Of a stretch of DNA of 64,000 nt, positions 1 through 13,130 are shown piece after piece. The stretch covers positions 1-64,000 of the forward strand of contig JAAILG010000815.1 in NCBI GenBank assembly GCA_012026655.1, written 5' to 3'. Position 1 is the stretch's first letter. Each line of letters opens with the position of its first letter. Origin of the DNA: Hydrolagus affinis. Taxonomy: Eukaryota. The translations under genes and the position numbers were made by a program. The notes under the pieces are model-generated. The model saw nothing but the letters and a program-made list of their open reading frames with translations, made no database searches and was not told the origin of the DNA.

Positions 1-234
1 GAGAGAGAAAGAAAAAAAGATTGAAAGCTCAGATGAATTATCCGCCTCTGGCAGGCTTTCAGTAAACAAGCCAATATCTTGCATTTCCAAGACAACTTGG
101 CTATGTGTTCTGCTCTCAGTTTACCACACTGTCCCATAAAAGGACAGACAAGGAAAAGGGCTCATTACCAAACGCTACTAGCATAAGATGCTAATTAATG
201 CTTCAAATACTTTTTTGGTGGGGAGGGCGAGGGG

Positions 235-400
235 TCATTCAATCCACGACTGTTCGTGTGACGCTGCTGTATGCAATTGGCTGCCGTGTATCTCCCACAA
301 AATATACAGTCAATTCACTTTACAGTTTATTCTGTGGAGCTCTTCGAGATGCAGCAAAGTCGTGATAAGGCGCTCTATCAAATGCAAGGATTATTATTCT
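235..400 (+). mobile_element. 3' fragment of the abundant tRNA-derived SINE (family A)
   Basis: Body motif caattggctgccg and tail gtgataaggcgctctatcaaatgcaaggattatt, shared with the full-length copies at 19171 and 46294. Confidence 0.85.
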
Positions 401-589
401 TATTCATACTATTGATTATACTTCAGTAGGAATTGGAACATTACCCTCCCCCAATACTTCATATCAATTTCTTCTCTGTCTTGGCCGATCTTTTTTCAGT
501 TATTACAACCTTAGACAAGGCTTAAAAAAACATATGATTATGAAGTGTAAGAGGCTAGTAGTCAACATGTGTGGATATTAATATTTATC

Positions 590-960
590 CTTGAATTTGA
601 ATACCTTAGCACATTGAAACATTTCCAAAGGCTTCACAGAGTATCTGTAATGTGTAGTAACTGTAATTATGGCAGCCAATATGAATGTGGCAGCCAATTT
701 GTATGCAGCAATATCACACAAACAGACTTATTTTTTTCCCCCTCGGGGGGATTATTGACCCTTCTTGTTTCAATGTTATGGAGTCTTTATCATTTATCTC
801 CCAAGCAGGTGGGACCTATGTTTAACATCACATCCAACATCACCACTAACATATACACGCATACCCTCAAGCAGCTTGGGCCCTATCCTGCAGAGCTGGA
901 TTGGAATGTCATCTTAGACTAGGCTCAAAATCCTTACACGGGGATTGAACCCACAACCTA
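590..960 (-). mobile_element. Old, diverged DeuSINE/SacSINE1-like SINE
   Basis: Reverse B-box gggattgaacccacaacc at about 940-958, Deu-like gtttaacatcacatcc, and a degenerate tail at about 600-640. Confidence 0.55.
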
Positions 961-2735
961 CAACTGCAAACCTCAGGTAGCGATGGCAGGCACGGCCAGT
1001 TTGGGTCAATGTATATGTCAGACTCCATTAAAACGGTCAAGCCATTTCATCGGAATGACATCTCATTCACGAGTCATATCCACTTGTGGATAACAGTATT
1101 ATCTAACTTCTGTACTGTTCTGACACTGAGCAGAGAGAAGCGAGGAGACAGCTGGGTGCAGGGTTCCACGTAGGGTTAATCGGCCACACCATCTGCATTC
1201 CTGAAAATAGAACTCGCATTTTCTATTATAAATCAGTTCAGTTCTGTACCACTCGTCCAAACACTTGTTCTATACGCCCAACAAGGGGTTAGGTTATTTT
1301 GCAATCTGCTTTCGTTTAGTTTTCCAAGTGAAACTCTCCAGAATCTCCAAAGTGAATTATATAATATTACTATTTCAACAATAATAATTTACTTTAGTGA
1401 TTCCTCACTACTTATTATGACTAGGGTATCAGAAGTGCTGCGAAAGTGAACGTATAAAGAAAATACGTTGGAACGTGATGATTTAAGTATGTGTATTTTA
1501 TATACACACAGCGACCTGACAATGTTAATAGGCACAACGGTTGTTACAAACTCAAGAAGGGTTAAAAAACACACGGCTCATTCCGTGCTGTATTTTCTCA
1601 TTCAGATTTGTGGGGAAATTTTTACTGCCAATTAATACCATCAATTTTCCTTGCTGAGACTGGAGTGTGTCTGTGGAATATCCATGCGCTGGTAGATCAG
1701 TTTTTAAGGCAGGAGAGCTAAATTTGAGCACTGGTCAAAATAATGCCCCTAGCTGATGATCAAGGTTTATTCCCCCCCCCCCACCCCCCACCTCCTGCAT
1801 TTTCCCATCTATTCTCTTGTAAAGCTCATACCCATTTTATATTACTAAAAATTAGGCAACATTGCCTAATTTAGCAGCAAAAGAGTGAGTGAATGATTCA
1901 GATAGAAAACTGGGTTTATATTTGTCAGCCCCAATCACTGTGCAATTGGCTGACGTGTAATCAAATCATATTTAAGTTTTAATTAAAGTTGAATGGAATC
2001 AACAATAATAATGAACAATATTAATACAGTATGTTACAGTGCATTTGGTACTGTGCCTTATCATGGTGTCAAGATGCTTCAAAGTGCTTCACAAGGATAT
2101 ACTGTGAAGTGGGTTGACTGTGCGTTTTATAGCCAAACAATGAGCAATATCAATGGAGGCTCAGGAACACATATTTTTGCATTAAATTCTGAAAAATGTG
2201 CGAAGGAAAGTGTATCAATAGTTTTAGATTTGTGGCCACACAACACAACACGATTGCTTCGTGAATCAAATTGCACGGAGAGCACAATCGAAGAGGAAAC
2301 TGCAAGGTTTGTAGATTATTTTTTGTCAAAGTCTCAGTTGCTGCGGTCTTTTTGTTTCTTGGCATAAGTTCCAAATGGTTTAATGTAAAACAGCAAAAAA
2401 TCTCAAACGAGATACATGGGAACAAAATATATGGTTTGGACCATACAAAGAGAGTTTGTTGAGAATCAGAGTAGTACAGGGAAAAAAGTGGTTGATTAAT
2501 GAGTGCAGAGAGGCTAGTCTTGCAGCTGCATTTACCAATGATCTTGAAGGCAATTTTATAAAAAAGAGTTGCATGAAGGATATGCCTGGCTGCATTCGAG
2601 TTCAGAAATGCCTAGCAATACATATTCCAGAAATGACTGTATTAGTAACCAGTGTCAGCAAAGGCCCAAGCCCAAACAATTATAATATACAATCTTACAT
2701 TGATATAGTGCCTTTCACATTGCCAGAATGTCTCT

Positions 2736-3570
2736 AACAACAACAAAAGTACATTTCTAGAGTGGCTTTCACGTCGGGAGGATGTCCCAACAGTCAGGTC
2801 GGGACCCGAGCAAGGGAGTGGGGCAGGGTAAGGGGGAGAGGCGAGAGAGAGTTAGGAGGGGAGAGAGTTGGGAGGGCAGCAGAAGAGGAGGGTCTTGAGA
2901 CTGGCCTTGAAAAAGGCAAGCGAGGAAGAGAGATGAAGGGACTGTGGGTTGGAGTTCCAGGTTGTAGGCAGAGAGGCTGAAAGCCTGTCCACCGATGGTA
3001 GGGCGGAGGACATGGAGCAGACTGGAGCCTGCTGAACGAAGCAGTTGAGCAGGTTCTAGGGGGACAGCAGGTCGGAGAGATAGGAGGGGGCTAGGCCGTG
3101 ATTGGCCTTGAAATTGAGGACGAGGATCTTGAATTCGATCCTCTGGGGGATGGGGAGCCAATGGAGTTGGGCAAGGAGTCATGTGGTTGTGGAGCTCAGA
3201 GTCCTTCACAGTGCTGGATGGGCAGCTGAACTGGGAGTGGCAGCTGAAATTGGGTGGAGAGGGGATAGATGACCGAAAACATTGTCAAAGAGACACGTTT
3301 TCACATGTGCTTTGTAAGAGGGGAGGGAGGCAGGAAGCAAATGAGTTGGAGGAGCTCCAGGATAGAGGGCAGAGTAGCTAAAAGCCTGCTCGCCGATGAT
3401 AGGAAGATAGGGCAGGGGAAATGATGCAGACCAGTATTCCTTGAGTGAGGCAACAGTGGCTGCAGACATAAGACAGGGAGAGACCATGGAGGGATCTTGA
3501 GTTATTTCCTCAAATGAGACTGTATGGGAGGATGTAGTCAATTATTTTGCTGTCAAGGTAGGGGATAGGA
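2736..3570 (-). mobile_element. L2 (LINE2) 3' end plus a second, more degenerate L2 block
   Basis: (AAC)n tail with ctttcacgtcgggaggatgtccc; minus-strand peptides LLRSAGSSLLHVLRPTIGGQAFS and PIIGEQAFS resemble the L2 ORF2 C-terminus (LRS...GGRAFS...LWNSLP). Confidence 0.8.
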
Positions 3571-3661
3571 GAATAAAGTGGACATGATCAGTTAATGTAG
3601 TATTTAAAATTGTGACTTTATTATAAAAGCAAATATCCCTTATTTTCTATAAATCCATATA

Positions 3662-4367
3662 CAGTAGAAGCCCGTTTATCCGTGACTCGATGAACCGGCA
3701 CTTCCATATAACCGGCATCTCCAAAAAAAAGTCCCCATTCAATAAACTGGAACGTATCCGGAACAATAGCAGTGGAGCATTTGTAAATGCATAAATAATA
3801 ACAGAATATTGTATTGGTACTTATTGTTAAAACTACTCTCTTGCGCTTCTCACCTGTGCTGGTAGATGCTGTGCTTGAAGCCACGATGCTGCGGTTGAGG
3901 TTTATAGTCCAGCAATTCTTTTTAAAATGGAGCACGCCAAGTGGGTGAAAAAAATGGAGTGCAGCTTTAAAGCCTTACTAGCACCAAGCCGATAACCCTA
4001 GCTGATAACCACATTGACGCGCAGATGCAGTATTTCGGTTTGCCGCTAGTAGAGTCTAGGGTTATCGGCTTGCCGCTAGTAAAGTTGCACTACCATTTTT
4101 TTCACCCGCTTGACGTTCTCCATTTAAAAAAGAATCGCTGGATTATAAACTTCAATCAGTAAAGGTGAGAAGCCCAAGAGAGTAGTTTTAACAATAAGTA
4201 CCAATACAATATTCTGTTATTATTTAGTCTGGTGTGTATGGTGTGCGTTAAAAGAATTTTAATTTTTTTGTAGTGGGTTTTCGGCTGTGGGCCACCCGAA
4301 TATGCGGCAGGTGCTTTAACAGGCATTGGCCAGGTCCCGCGGATGCTGTATAAATGGGCTCTTACTG
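3662..4367. mobile_element. Non-autonomous Tc1/mariner (Tigger/pogo-like) DNA transposon (MITE)
   Basis: Left end TA|CAGTAGAAGCCCGTTTATCCG; right end reverse complement CAGTAAGAGCCCATTTATACA; CAGT termini; TA on the left flank; no transposase ORF. Confidence 0.75.
3792..4226. repeat. Long inverted repeat (hairpin) inside the MITE
   Basis: Arms 3792-4001 and 4056-4226; the outer ~50 nt are exact reverse complements; 54-nt loop. Confidence 0.95.
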
Positions 4368-5289
4368 CACTGTACTTTTCTTTTTCGTTACGACCTAAAT
4401 AAATTCCATATGTTGGCTGAATTCAAGGTACTCTGTGCTATTTTGCCTGGAAGATTCATTTAACTTCAATTTGTGTAAACCTTGGGAGGCATTTAGTCTT
4501 TAATATGGTACATAAACAGTCGAATTATGGACGTGTTCAACGTTGTTTAAAAAAACGGCTTTGGAATAAGATATCACATGCAAAGGTAATTTTCACATTG
4601 GCAAGTTCTGAAAACAAAGTCCTCTTTATGCCCGGTACTGTGAGTCACATTCAAATGCATTTATGGTTCCAAGATCTTTGACTCACACTACTTCATCGCT
4701 GTGGGTTAACCATTCTGGACAAGGGCCACTCCACAGGGTCTGTTTCTAACTCATGTGCAGACATCTGAAATTTGCTACTTTAATTGTGTTCTTGGCCAAC
4801 TGCAAACCACTGTCTTTACATTGAAAAGTAAATCGACTTACGTTCTGACGTGTAGTTGATGAGTCACAACAGAAGGCACCCACTCCTGTTAAATACCATT
4901 ATTTATTACAAACTGTTAATTCTGCAGTCCTCCTTTATTTTTTAACCTTAAATACGCAGTTGGAAAGTTCAGAGGACTGCAGTGTCAATATTTATACAAT
5001 ATTTACATTGTGTTCAGTTACACTACTTTGAAACACATTATTGGATTAAGCATTCGAGTCTCCTCTGGCTCCACGACACCCCTAGGTGTACCATTATTTG
5101 ATCTTTTGTGATTTGGTGCTGCAAATTTGTATAACATTAGACAAATTCTAACATTATACGGCTACAAAAGTACGCAAATTCAACCGTGTACAAACGATGG
5201 CCCCCAGTATAAAATTATGCGGATTTTAACAATAGATGACTTAACATGTGCAAACTCAACTGTATGTTAATGTACGTGGAAATTCAGGT

Positions 5290-5730
5290 GTCAGCCCAGC
5301 TCAGTTGGTTGCATTCTCACTTTCGACTTTAGAAGGTTGTAGGTTCAACTCCCGCATTAGGATTTGGAACTCGAATATATTCTAGTTGGTACTCCAGTGA
5401 AGTGCTGAGGGTGTGCTGCATTGACAGAGATATAATCCTCTGGGCGAGAAGTTAAACCAAGGTCCATCCCATTTACCTTTTCAGGAACACAATAAAGATT
5501 TCATTGCTACTTTGCTACTCCATTGCTACAAGCCTACTTTGAACAGACAAGGAACTTTCACCCGGTTTCTCTCCTGGCCAAGTATTATCTAAATAAAATG
5601 AATGTTCACTTCATGACTGTTTGTGAGATATTGCTGTGCTCAAAGTAGCTGTCGCATTCATTCACAGTATGTGTTGTGAAGTTCTTTGAGACATCCTCCC
5701 AGCATGAAAGACTCAATGTAAGGATCATTA
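5290..5730 (+). mobile_element. Near full-length DeuSINE/SacSINE1-like SINE
   Basis: tRNA head (agctcagttgg A box; ggttcaactcc B box), Deu-like core actccagtgaagtgctgagggtgtgctgcattg...gttaaaccaagg, and L2-like tail ctttgagacatcctcc. Confidence 0.7.
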
Positions 5731-8399
5731 TTATGGCACACATGCAACACAGAAGTGTTTTGCAGTCATAGACTAAATGTAATATAAATATATACAGGTA
5801 CATATATGTGTATATGTCTATATATAACTTATATTAATCTATTTTTCAGGACAAATTCAACATATTTTGGTCAATTTACTTTACAGTATATTCTCTGAAG
5901 CACTATATCAAATCCAAGGATTATTATCATTATTATTACTACATTATATTACAGTGCTAGATTGATGGGCTGTTCTTCAAGTGAAACCTGACCTGATTAC
6001 AATCTGGATATCTGCAAAATCTTGTATTGTGCACTGACTGAGCAATTCATTTTACTTTGAATTTACTTTGAACATCATTGCCAAGTTTGCTGTGAAAACC
6101 ATTAGAATCCATTTGCTGTTCACTTTTGCCAAAGATCCTCTAAAAATACATGATATCTGAGTAAAGTAGAACGTTAGTCTGTTGTGTTCTTTTTGGCAAT
6201 CACCAAATAAAATGATATTTCCTTAGCAGCTGATGTGCTTTAGTTCTGTGTCTTTTTTTTCTTCCAATTGTATTTCCATAAAAGGAATTCCCTTTTTCTA
6301 AAAAAAAGTGTGGCAATTTCTATCTTGTTTTATACATTTGCTGCTTATGTATAGGAGCATTTTCAGGGTTGTGTTTTGGGATTAGATGTGGGGACACACA
6401 TCACAATTTATGTCTGCATTTTGGTGTGTAACACCAACCATTCCTCAGTTTTAGTTCTTCACCCAGAATTATGTTCCCACTGAGCAAAAGGGAAGCTTTA
6501 TACGCCAACAAAACTGCAGGCTTTTTGTGTACGAGTGGACTGATTCCTTTGCCAAAAAGTTCTGAGGAGAATACATTACTTCAGCTGAGAAGAACTTACA
6601 GCCTCCCTTGCCAACAATTACCACTGTTTTATAAGAAACAAATTCACAAAATACTATTAAAAAAAAATCTGATGTTTGAATTGCAATAGTGTAGTACTCA
6701 AAAAGACTGACTAGCATAAAACCAAGAGGTGTCAACAAATAAATCTGAAGATTTATTCCATTTATTGCATTTCTTGGGGCACATTAGAGATCTTTAAAAG
6801 CAAAGAGAGGGATTGTTAACATCCTGCCAATGGAGCCTGAGAAAGAGATTAAGACAGAATGAATATTTAAAATGACTTTTTATTGTTCTCTTAGCATTTT
6901 TATTATTCCCAGGCCATTTGGAGGAATTCAGTGATTTGTTATTACGAGAAATTAACTAGGTGCACAATATAGCCACTGACTGCAGTTTCGATCTTAAGTG
7001 CTCATTAACAGGGAAACGGGCTTATTCCATGCGTACAAATAAGCATTACAACATTTTGAACTTGGCTTTTTGCTTCTGAAATGTTCCATTTAATTCTGAA
7101 TAGCACTCATTTTAAGTAACTCCATAACAGCAGGTAGATTCCTCTCACTAGTACTTTGTTCGTCCCATTATAAAGATGTAACTGAAGGATAGCTACAAAC
7201 CATCATTGTTCATGATCCCTCCAAAAAGAGACAGGGTGACAGTGCTTGCATTTGTGTTTGTATGTTTGTAATTGACGCCTCGTCAACATGATATAGTGAT
7301 ATATCTTACTTTCATCTCACATTTCATAGACGAAATATGTTTGAATTTCACAGAATTAGAATTTCAATCAAGGGAACTCCACGTTTTCATCAGCTTGCAG
7401 TCGTATTCCATTTCATTAGATTTAATGGTCACCAGTTTGCTGTGCAAGCAGCTTGCTATAAATGGCAATAGGCCATCTTGTTAATGCAGTTTTTCCTTTT
7501 CTTTTCAGGGCCTCTTTGCCTCGAGCAACCGAGGAAACTGACTGACACTTGCGTTATGTGGATTGAAATGAAACATCAGGAATGGAGCAAGGTGAGATGG
7601 CAGCTGCTGGATTTCTCAGCTCAGAGATGGGCCTCTGTTAATGACTGGATAATGCACCTTGCAGCAAAGCGGAATAGATTGCAAGCATCAGTAATGGATT
7701 GCAGGTTTAATTTCTAAACCCGCTTTTGCCTAGCTGCAGTGCACCCCAGTGTTTTGTAGTGACATTGCACCCGACTGTAGTCCCATCAATTAATTATTGT
7801 TAACCAGTCTACTAGTCATATAAAGTATATTTTCATTGGCATTGCTTTGTACTTCCTTGCAATTTATTGGATAAAGATGATGTGCCCCAATAGTGCATTT
7901 GCAATGTAATATTGCATAATAATAATAAACCTGATATTTGTTTTAGGATCGTTCATGTTGGTATTTTGTGGGCAAACCCAGCACGCAATTTGCACACAGA
8001 AATGCTCCACAAATAGACATGAAGTGAATCAGCAATTTTAACTGGGAGGCTCTTGGTCAATGTGAAACTGCTTCCTGAGGTCGTGCATTCCCAGTTCTAC
8101 CACTGTACAGTATAATGCCCAGTGGTTTCTGTTGCAGCCCTGATAGGCTTTTGAATGAGTTTGTGAGCAGATGTTTTTGAAAGCACTTCATGGCAAGGTC
8201 ACACGAGAGATTTGGATGAAAAAGGCCATTCAGCCGATTTGATCTCATCCTTTTAGAATTGTCATCCTCATGCCACCTTAACAACAACAACACAATTACA
8301 CTTGTATAGCGCCTTTCACATCAGGTGGATGTAAATTGAGATTCAAGTACTGTACCTGTGCTTATTGAGTCCATCTATCAAATTTTCCCTCTGCATGTT

Positions 8400-8648
8400 T
8401 AGGTAGACATTAAAATTCCCATGCTACTATTCAAAAAGAGAAGGGAGTTTGTCTTGGTGTCCTGATAAAATTGGTCATTCACTTCACAGTTATTTGTGGG
8501 CCATTGCAGTGCACAAATAAGCTGCTGCGTTGCCTAGAAATACCCAGTAGTTAATTCCAAAGTGGACTAGGACTCATTTCACAGCAAGTGCATTGAGGCG
8601 TCCTCCTGTTGAAAGGTACTATATTAAATGCATGTATTATTATTATTA
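8400..8648 (+). mobile_element. 3' half of a DeuSINE/SacSINE1-like SINE
   Basis: aaaattcccatgctactattcaaaaagagaagggagtt...ggtgtcctg core, followed by tail aaaggtactatattaaatgcatgtattattatt. Confidence 0.65.
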
Positions 8649-9499
8649 GTAGTAATACTGTACTAACGAAAGTGTCTGCGCAGCAGAATAATTCAATCTG
8701 TATAACAGATGATCTGACACCTGATTCTAATCATACAACGAGAGGGGATAAAAACATATTTCTGGCCTTGTATAATTTGCTATATTCAGTTCATGGTACA
8801 TTTGAATTCTGAGCGTTTATATTGACACAAATTATTTTCTTGGCAAAATCATAGCTCCGGAGGCACCATTACTATATGTTGATGCGAGCCTGGTCTCTAA
8901 GCAGTACCATACCTTTAGTCAGACCCAGTCAGCTTTCAACACTTTAGCTTTGAAGTTTTATCCACTATATATGTTTACGTGAAAGCTTACTCACAGAAAA
9001 AAAGAGTGGAAAAGCATGGTTATTATCATGCGTTGATAGTTATCTTTTTAAATTAAGTCTTAAGTTTCAGAAGCATCGCTGTGACCATGTAAGTGCTTCA
9101 GGTTCAACATTGGTAATTATTCAGATGAAGTGAGCAAAATGGTACTACTGTAATCAGTGGACCACTATATTTTTAACTGCAATTACCCAAGCAATTTGAT
9201 ACTCAATTCTGAGAATTTTTTCCCCCAAGCCCATGAAACGACGTTCTTTCCAGATTTTGCAACAACAACATTCAATTATTGTCAATCTTTCTATGGTAAA
9301 TTTATGTTTAGTGGGAAATAAGTACCTGTAATAAGCTACGCATTAAATGTTTTATGCGGTGGGTTTTTCTGGTGTTTCAGAAATACTTGTGTTTTAAAAA
9401 AATATATTTTTGCTTGGATTGCAGATGTGACCATGTTCACTGAGAGGAAAGTTCATGTGACCAGTTGCTTTTGTAGAACTAAACAGAAAGTTTAAAAAA

Positions 9500-9905
9500 A
9501 GCTGTGTTGGGATAGAGGGAGATTAAAGGCCATCAGAGAGAGAGAGAGAGAATAATCATCTGTCAGATGAGAAGCTAGAGATTGAGAGAGGTATGTGAGC
9601 TGTATTAAAGCCCAGGATGAGTTTCAGTTTATGGAGTTAAGAGTTACTAATGGGGAAAGGAGAGTGGGACATGAAAGAAGAAATCCATGTTTCTTGAAGA
9701 GAGCTTTAGCAGTGGAGCAGATATCAGCATTCCTTTGGAGATTAGCAATGATAGCGAGGCCAAGAATGTTGTTCAAAAATAGGCCCACTGCTGATACAAA
9801 TTGGGGGGTTTTGTGTAGACTGGTAGCTGTTGTGTAGATCGGCGTCAATCAAGAAAACGGTGCATTTGAAGAATTGTATTGCTTCTTGTAAATGTTTGGA
9901 TGTGA
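9500..9905 (-). mobile_element. Degenerate retroelement RT fragment, probably Penelope-like
   Basis: Minus-strand translation with stops resembles PLE RT segments (CISSGPIFEQHSWPRYHC ~ GVAMGTRMGPSYAC; LHKLKLILGFNTAHIPLSISSFSSD ~ FHPALKFTWSISDTSLPFLDLSVSISGD); recalled similarity only. Confidence 0.35.
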
Positions 9906-10171
9906 TCCACAATAACAACAGCAACAAAATTACATTTGTATAGCGCCTTTCACATCGGGAGGACGTCACAACTTTGATGAATCATCACAGTTTAGTGATT
10001 CATCTATTGGTGGAAAAAAGAACGTTGGGCAAATTGAGCGTTGAGAGCCTTGAGCTTGGGCACTGTGTCACAAAATGGGTTAGTGCCAAATGAAGACTGT
10101 CTGACCAGTGGCAAGAACCCAAGTTCCCAGACCTGTCAGGGAGATACAGTGAGGGAGGACAAGTGAATGAT

Positions 10172-10355
10172 GATAATAATAATCCTTGCATTTGATAAAG
10201 CGCTTTTCACATCTTCTAAACGTCTCAAAGCGCTTCACAGATTATACTGTAAAGTGAATTAACTGCATATTTGTGGGAGAAACGCGGCAGCTATTTGCGC
10301 ACAGCAGTAATCCCGCAAACAGTCGTGAATTGAGTGACCAAATTATTATTATTAT
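10172..10355 (-). mobile_element. SINE family A 3' fragment
   Basis: ataataatccttgcatttgataaagcgcttttcacatcttctaaacgtctcaaagcgcttcacag, reverse complement of the family tail. Confidence 0.9.
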
Positions 10356-13019
10356 TTTTGGAACGATCACAGGGAAGGGGGGAAAATCAGAAGGCAAGTC
10401 TGTAATCACAGAGTTTCTTGTGCACATCCTAGTGATTGTTTACACAATGAATTGCCAGAGTTTGAGAGTAATACTTAATAATAATACTGTAAATAATCCT
10501 TGCACCTTATCACCGTTATCAAGACCGCTCAAAATGCCTCACATGATATACTGTATAGTGGAGTGACCGTGTATTTTGTGGGTGAGATTTCTCACTCAAT
10601 AAAAAAATGATGGACTGAGCAGGGTCTAAAAGACAAGCCGACGGAATCTGAACTAAAGGAGGCTAAACATAAATTGAGCTCTGTATTGTGTTCACACTCA
10701 GATACTAATTACTAACAATTCAGTCATGATCTTTCTGAGGTAGGTTTTCCATTCCAGGATTTGATATACCGAACGTTTTCAGATGGGTATATCAAAAGTT
10801 TTTGAATACCAGCAGTATAGTTAGAGGTTTTTTTTGTAGAGTTGAGCTCATGGAAAGATTTTTTTTTTCAGTTGTGTGTTTTAATTTCCACAGGCAACTA
10901 TTTTTCTAACGGTATCTTTTCACTGAAGGAATTAACTTCAATTGAACTCAGCTGTTACTATCTGACAAATATTATTTCCATTACTGCACTACCACATCAA
11001 TCAGACCAATACAGTTTTACTGTGGGATAAGCAGTTATGTCATCAACTGAGTCAGCAACTTGAAATTATGCCTCACCTCCAGCCGAACTATAACTATGAA
11101 AGTGTGACAAAGGGGGTATTTAGTTTAAAGTATGGATGACAATTCGTTTCACCCTGCCTACAAAACCATTATTTTTTCTATGATACAAAGATACAGAAAC
11201 CTGGTTTCTGATCTTTATATGTTCTGTTGATGTGTTCCAACCCATTGGATCCTTGATCGATGTGAATAATGTACCTCCTTTCAATTGTGTAACATTTACT
11301 AAAACTTGTATCTGTCCGGGATTAACTCCATTGAATCCCCCACTCTTTATGCCTTCTGTCCCTTGCATTCAAAACCCTCCCAAAAAGTCTACCCCTTTTA
11401 CAATAGCTGTTATATTGCTGTATAGAAATGTTTTGTTTAGAAATGCACATTAGAACGAATATTCAAAATATATTTTATTTATTGCATTTACAGAACATTA
11501 TTTTGTTTATTGTATATGCAAGAACAACTCTGCTTAATAATACTATCATTCTTATAGTCCATGACTGCTTTATTGACTTAATGTGTGCATGTTTTTCATG
11601 CCTTTTAAAAACAATGTGCAGTATTCGACCAACTAGAAATACAACTCTGAATAGTTTCTCAAGAATATCTATGATGTCAATTGCAAGAGTTTCAGAAGGC
11701 TTAGTAACGTTAATACCCCATGAAATGTGATGCGAGGGAGATTTAACACCAGAGCAAGGTGATTTATTAATAGTTTACCAGGGAAATTTTACCACAAGTG
11801 TTAATAAGTCAAATGTTTTGGATATAAATGGAACTAAGAAAAGCTATTATGGGATCGAAAGATTTCAACATGGGAACATGTTATATTGATTACACAAACA
11901 AATATTTAAAGTGTTGAAAACAGTAGACGAGTAGAAACAATGGAACTAGACTATCCTTGGTATTATATCAGAATTGAGTTCAACTTGTTTGGAAATAAAA
12001 ATGATACAGTTTATACACAATCTGATCCTTTGTTTCAGTATATCAGCTGTGCTGAACAAGTTATTGTGAGTTGCTTCCATCTTTCCTCACCTTTCATTTC
12101 ATCAGATAGTTGAGATAACTGAACGCTGCATAATGCTGGAATATTTTGTTGATGCCTTGTTGGGTGTGGCAGGAGTATAGTGATTCAGTTTCCTGCGCGG
12201 CTCATAATACTAAAAAGATTGAATTAAAAAGAAAATTGATAGTGGGTGGGCTGACAGCAAATTACAGGCCTGCAACTATTATTTGTCTTGTCGCCAGTTC
12301 AAGAATGGCTTGTGACAGCTTGTTGTGTATATAGTTGAAAACTATTGGAAAAATTTTATTCTTTGACACCTTCTTTATAGACAAAGTCGCAGGTGTCATA
12401 AATAACGTTTTGTAACATGTGTAACACAAGAAGTAAACTATTATTAGCTGAAGATATTCCAAAGATTTATGACAATCAAAAGGAAACTTGCCGGTAAAAA
12501 AAAGATGCCCAGCTTTTATAACTGATGTTGAATCTACAGGCATTGAAAAGACCTTGCAGCCACTGTGCCAATGACTGTATGTATGTGCTGGAACTCAGTT
12601 GGCAGACAGCAGAGACAGAGTGACCTTTGAATATGTTATGGGGGGAGGCTAGATGAGCTGGGCTGAAGTCTTTCTCTTCCTGGATCACTTACTCTAGCTC
12701 AATCAGTCAGGCATTTGGCATTACAATGATATCCCAGGGTAGATTTCACCCTCTTAAAATATTGCGCTGTGTGTAATTAACACACATTTCAATGTAATCC
12801 CCACCACTTGTACACTCTACACAATGCATTGCCGCGATGAACTAGATGATAAAGTAATCCAAATAGAGTCCAGATACATACCGCATTCCAGATGTGCCGC
12901 TAAAATATTGCGCAACATGTCATCAATGTACTAGTGCCAGGAACACAGAACTTAGCCCTGAGTTTGTGAATCAAACATTCACGTGAAATAATTCTCATCC
13001 TTTTTCTCTTATCGAAGAG

Positions 13020-13130
13020 TGCAATGCCATCTCAGAGGAGGACAGACATTGGTTTAACACCTCATTCGAAAGACAACACCTCTGAGAATGCAGCACTCCC
13101 GCAGCACTGCACTGGAGTACCAGTCTAGAC
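13020..13130 (-). mobile_element. Deu-domain SINE fragment
   Basis: ggtttaacacctcattcgaaagacaacacctctgagaatgcagcactcccgcagcactgcactggagt is the reverse of the core seen at 5390-5460. Confidence 0.7.

Noticed and set aside
11120-11453. Overlapping ORFs on both strands with protein-like composition
   Set aside because: No recognisable domain and no convincing splice sites
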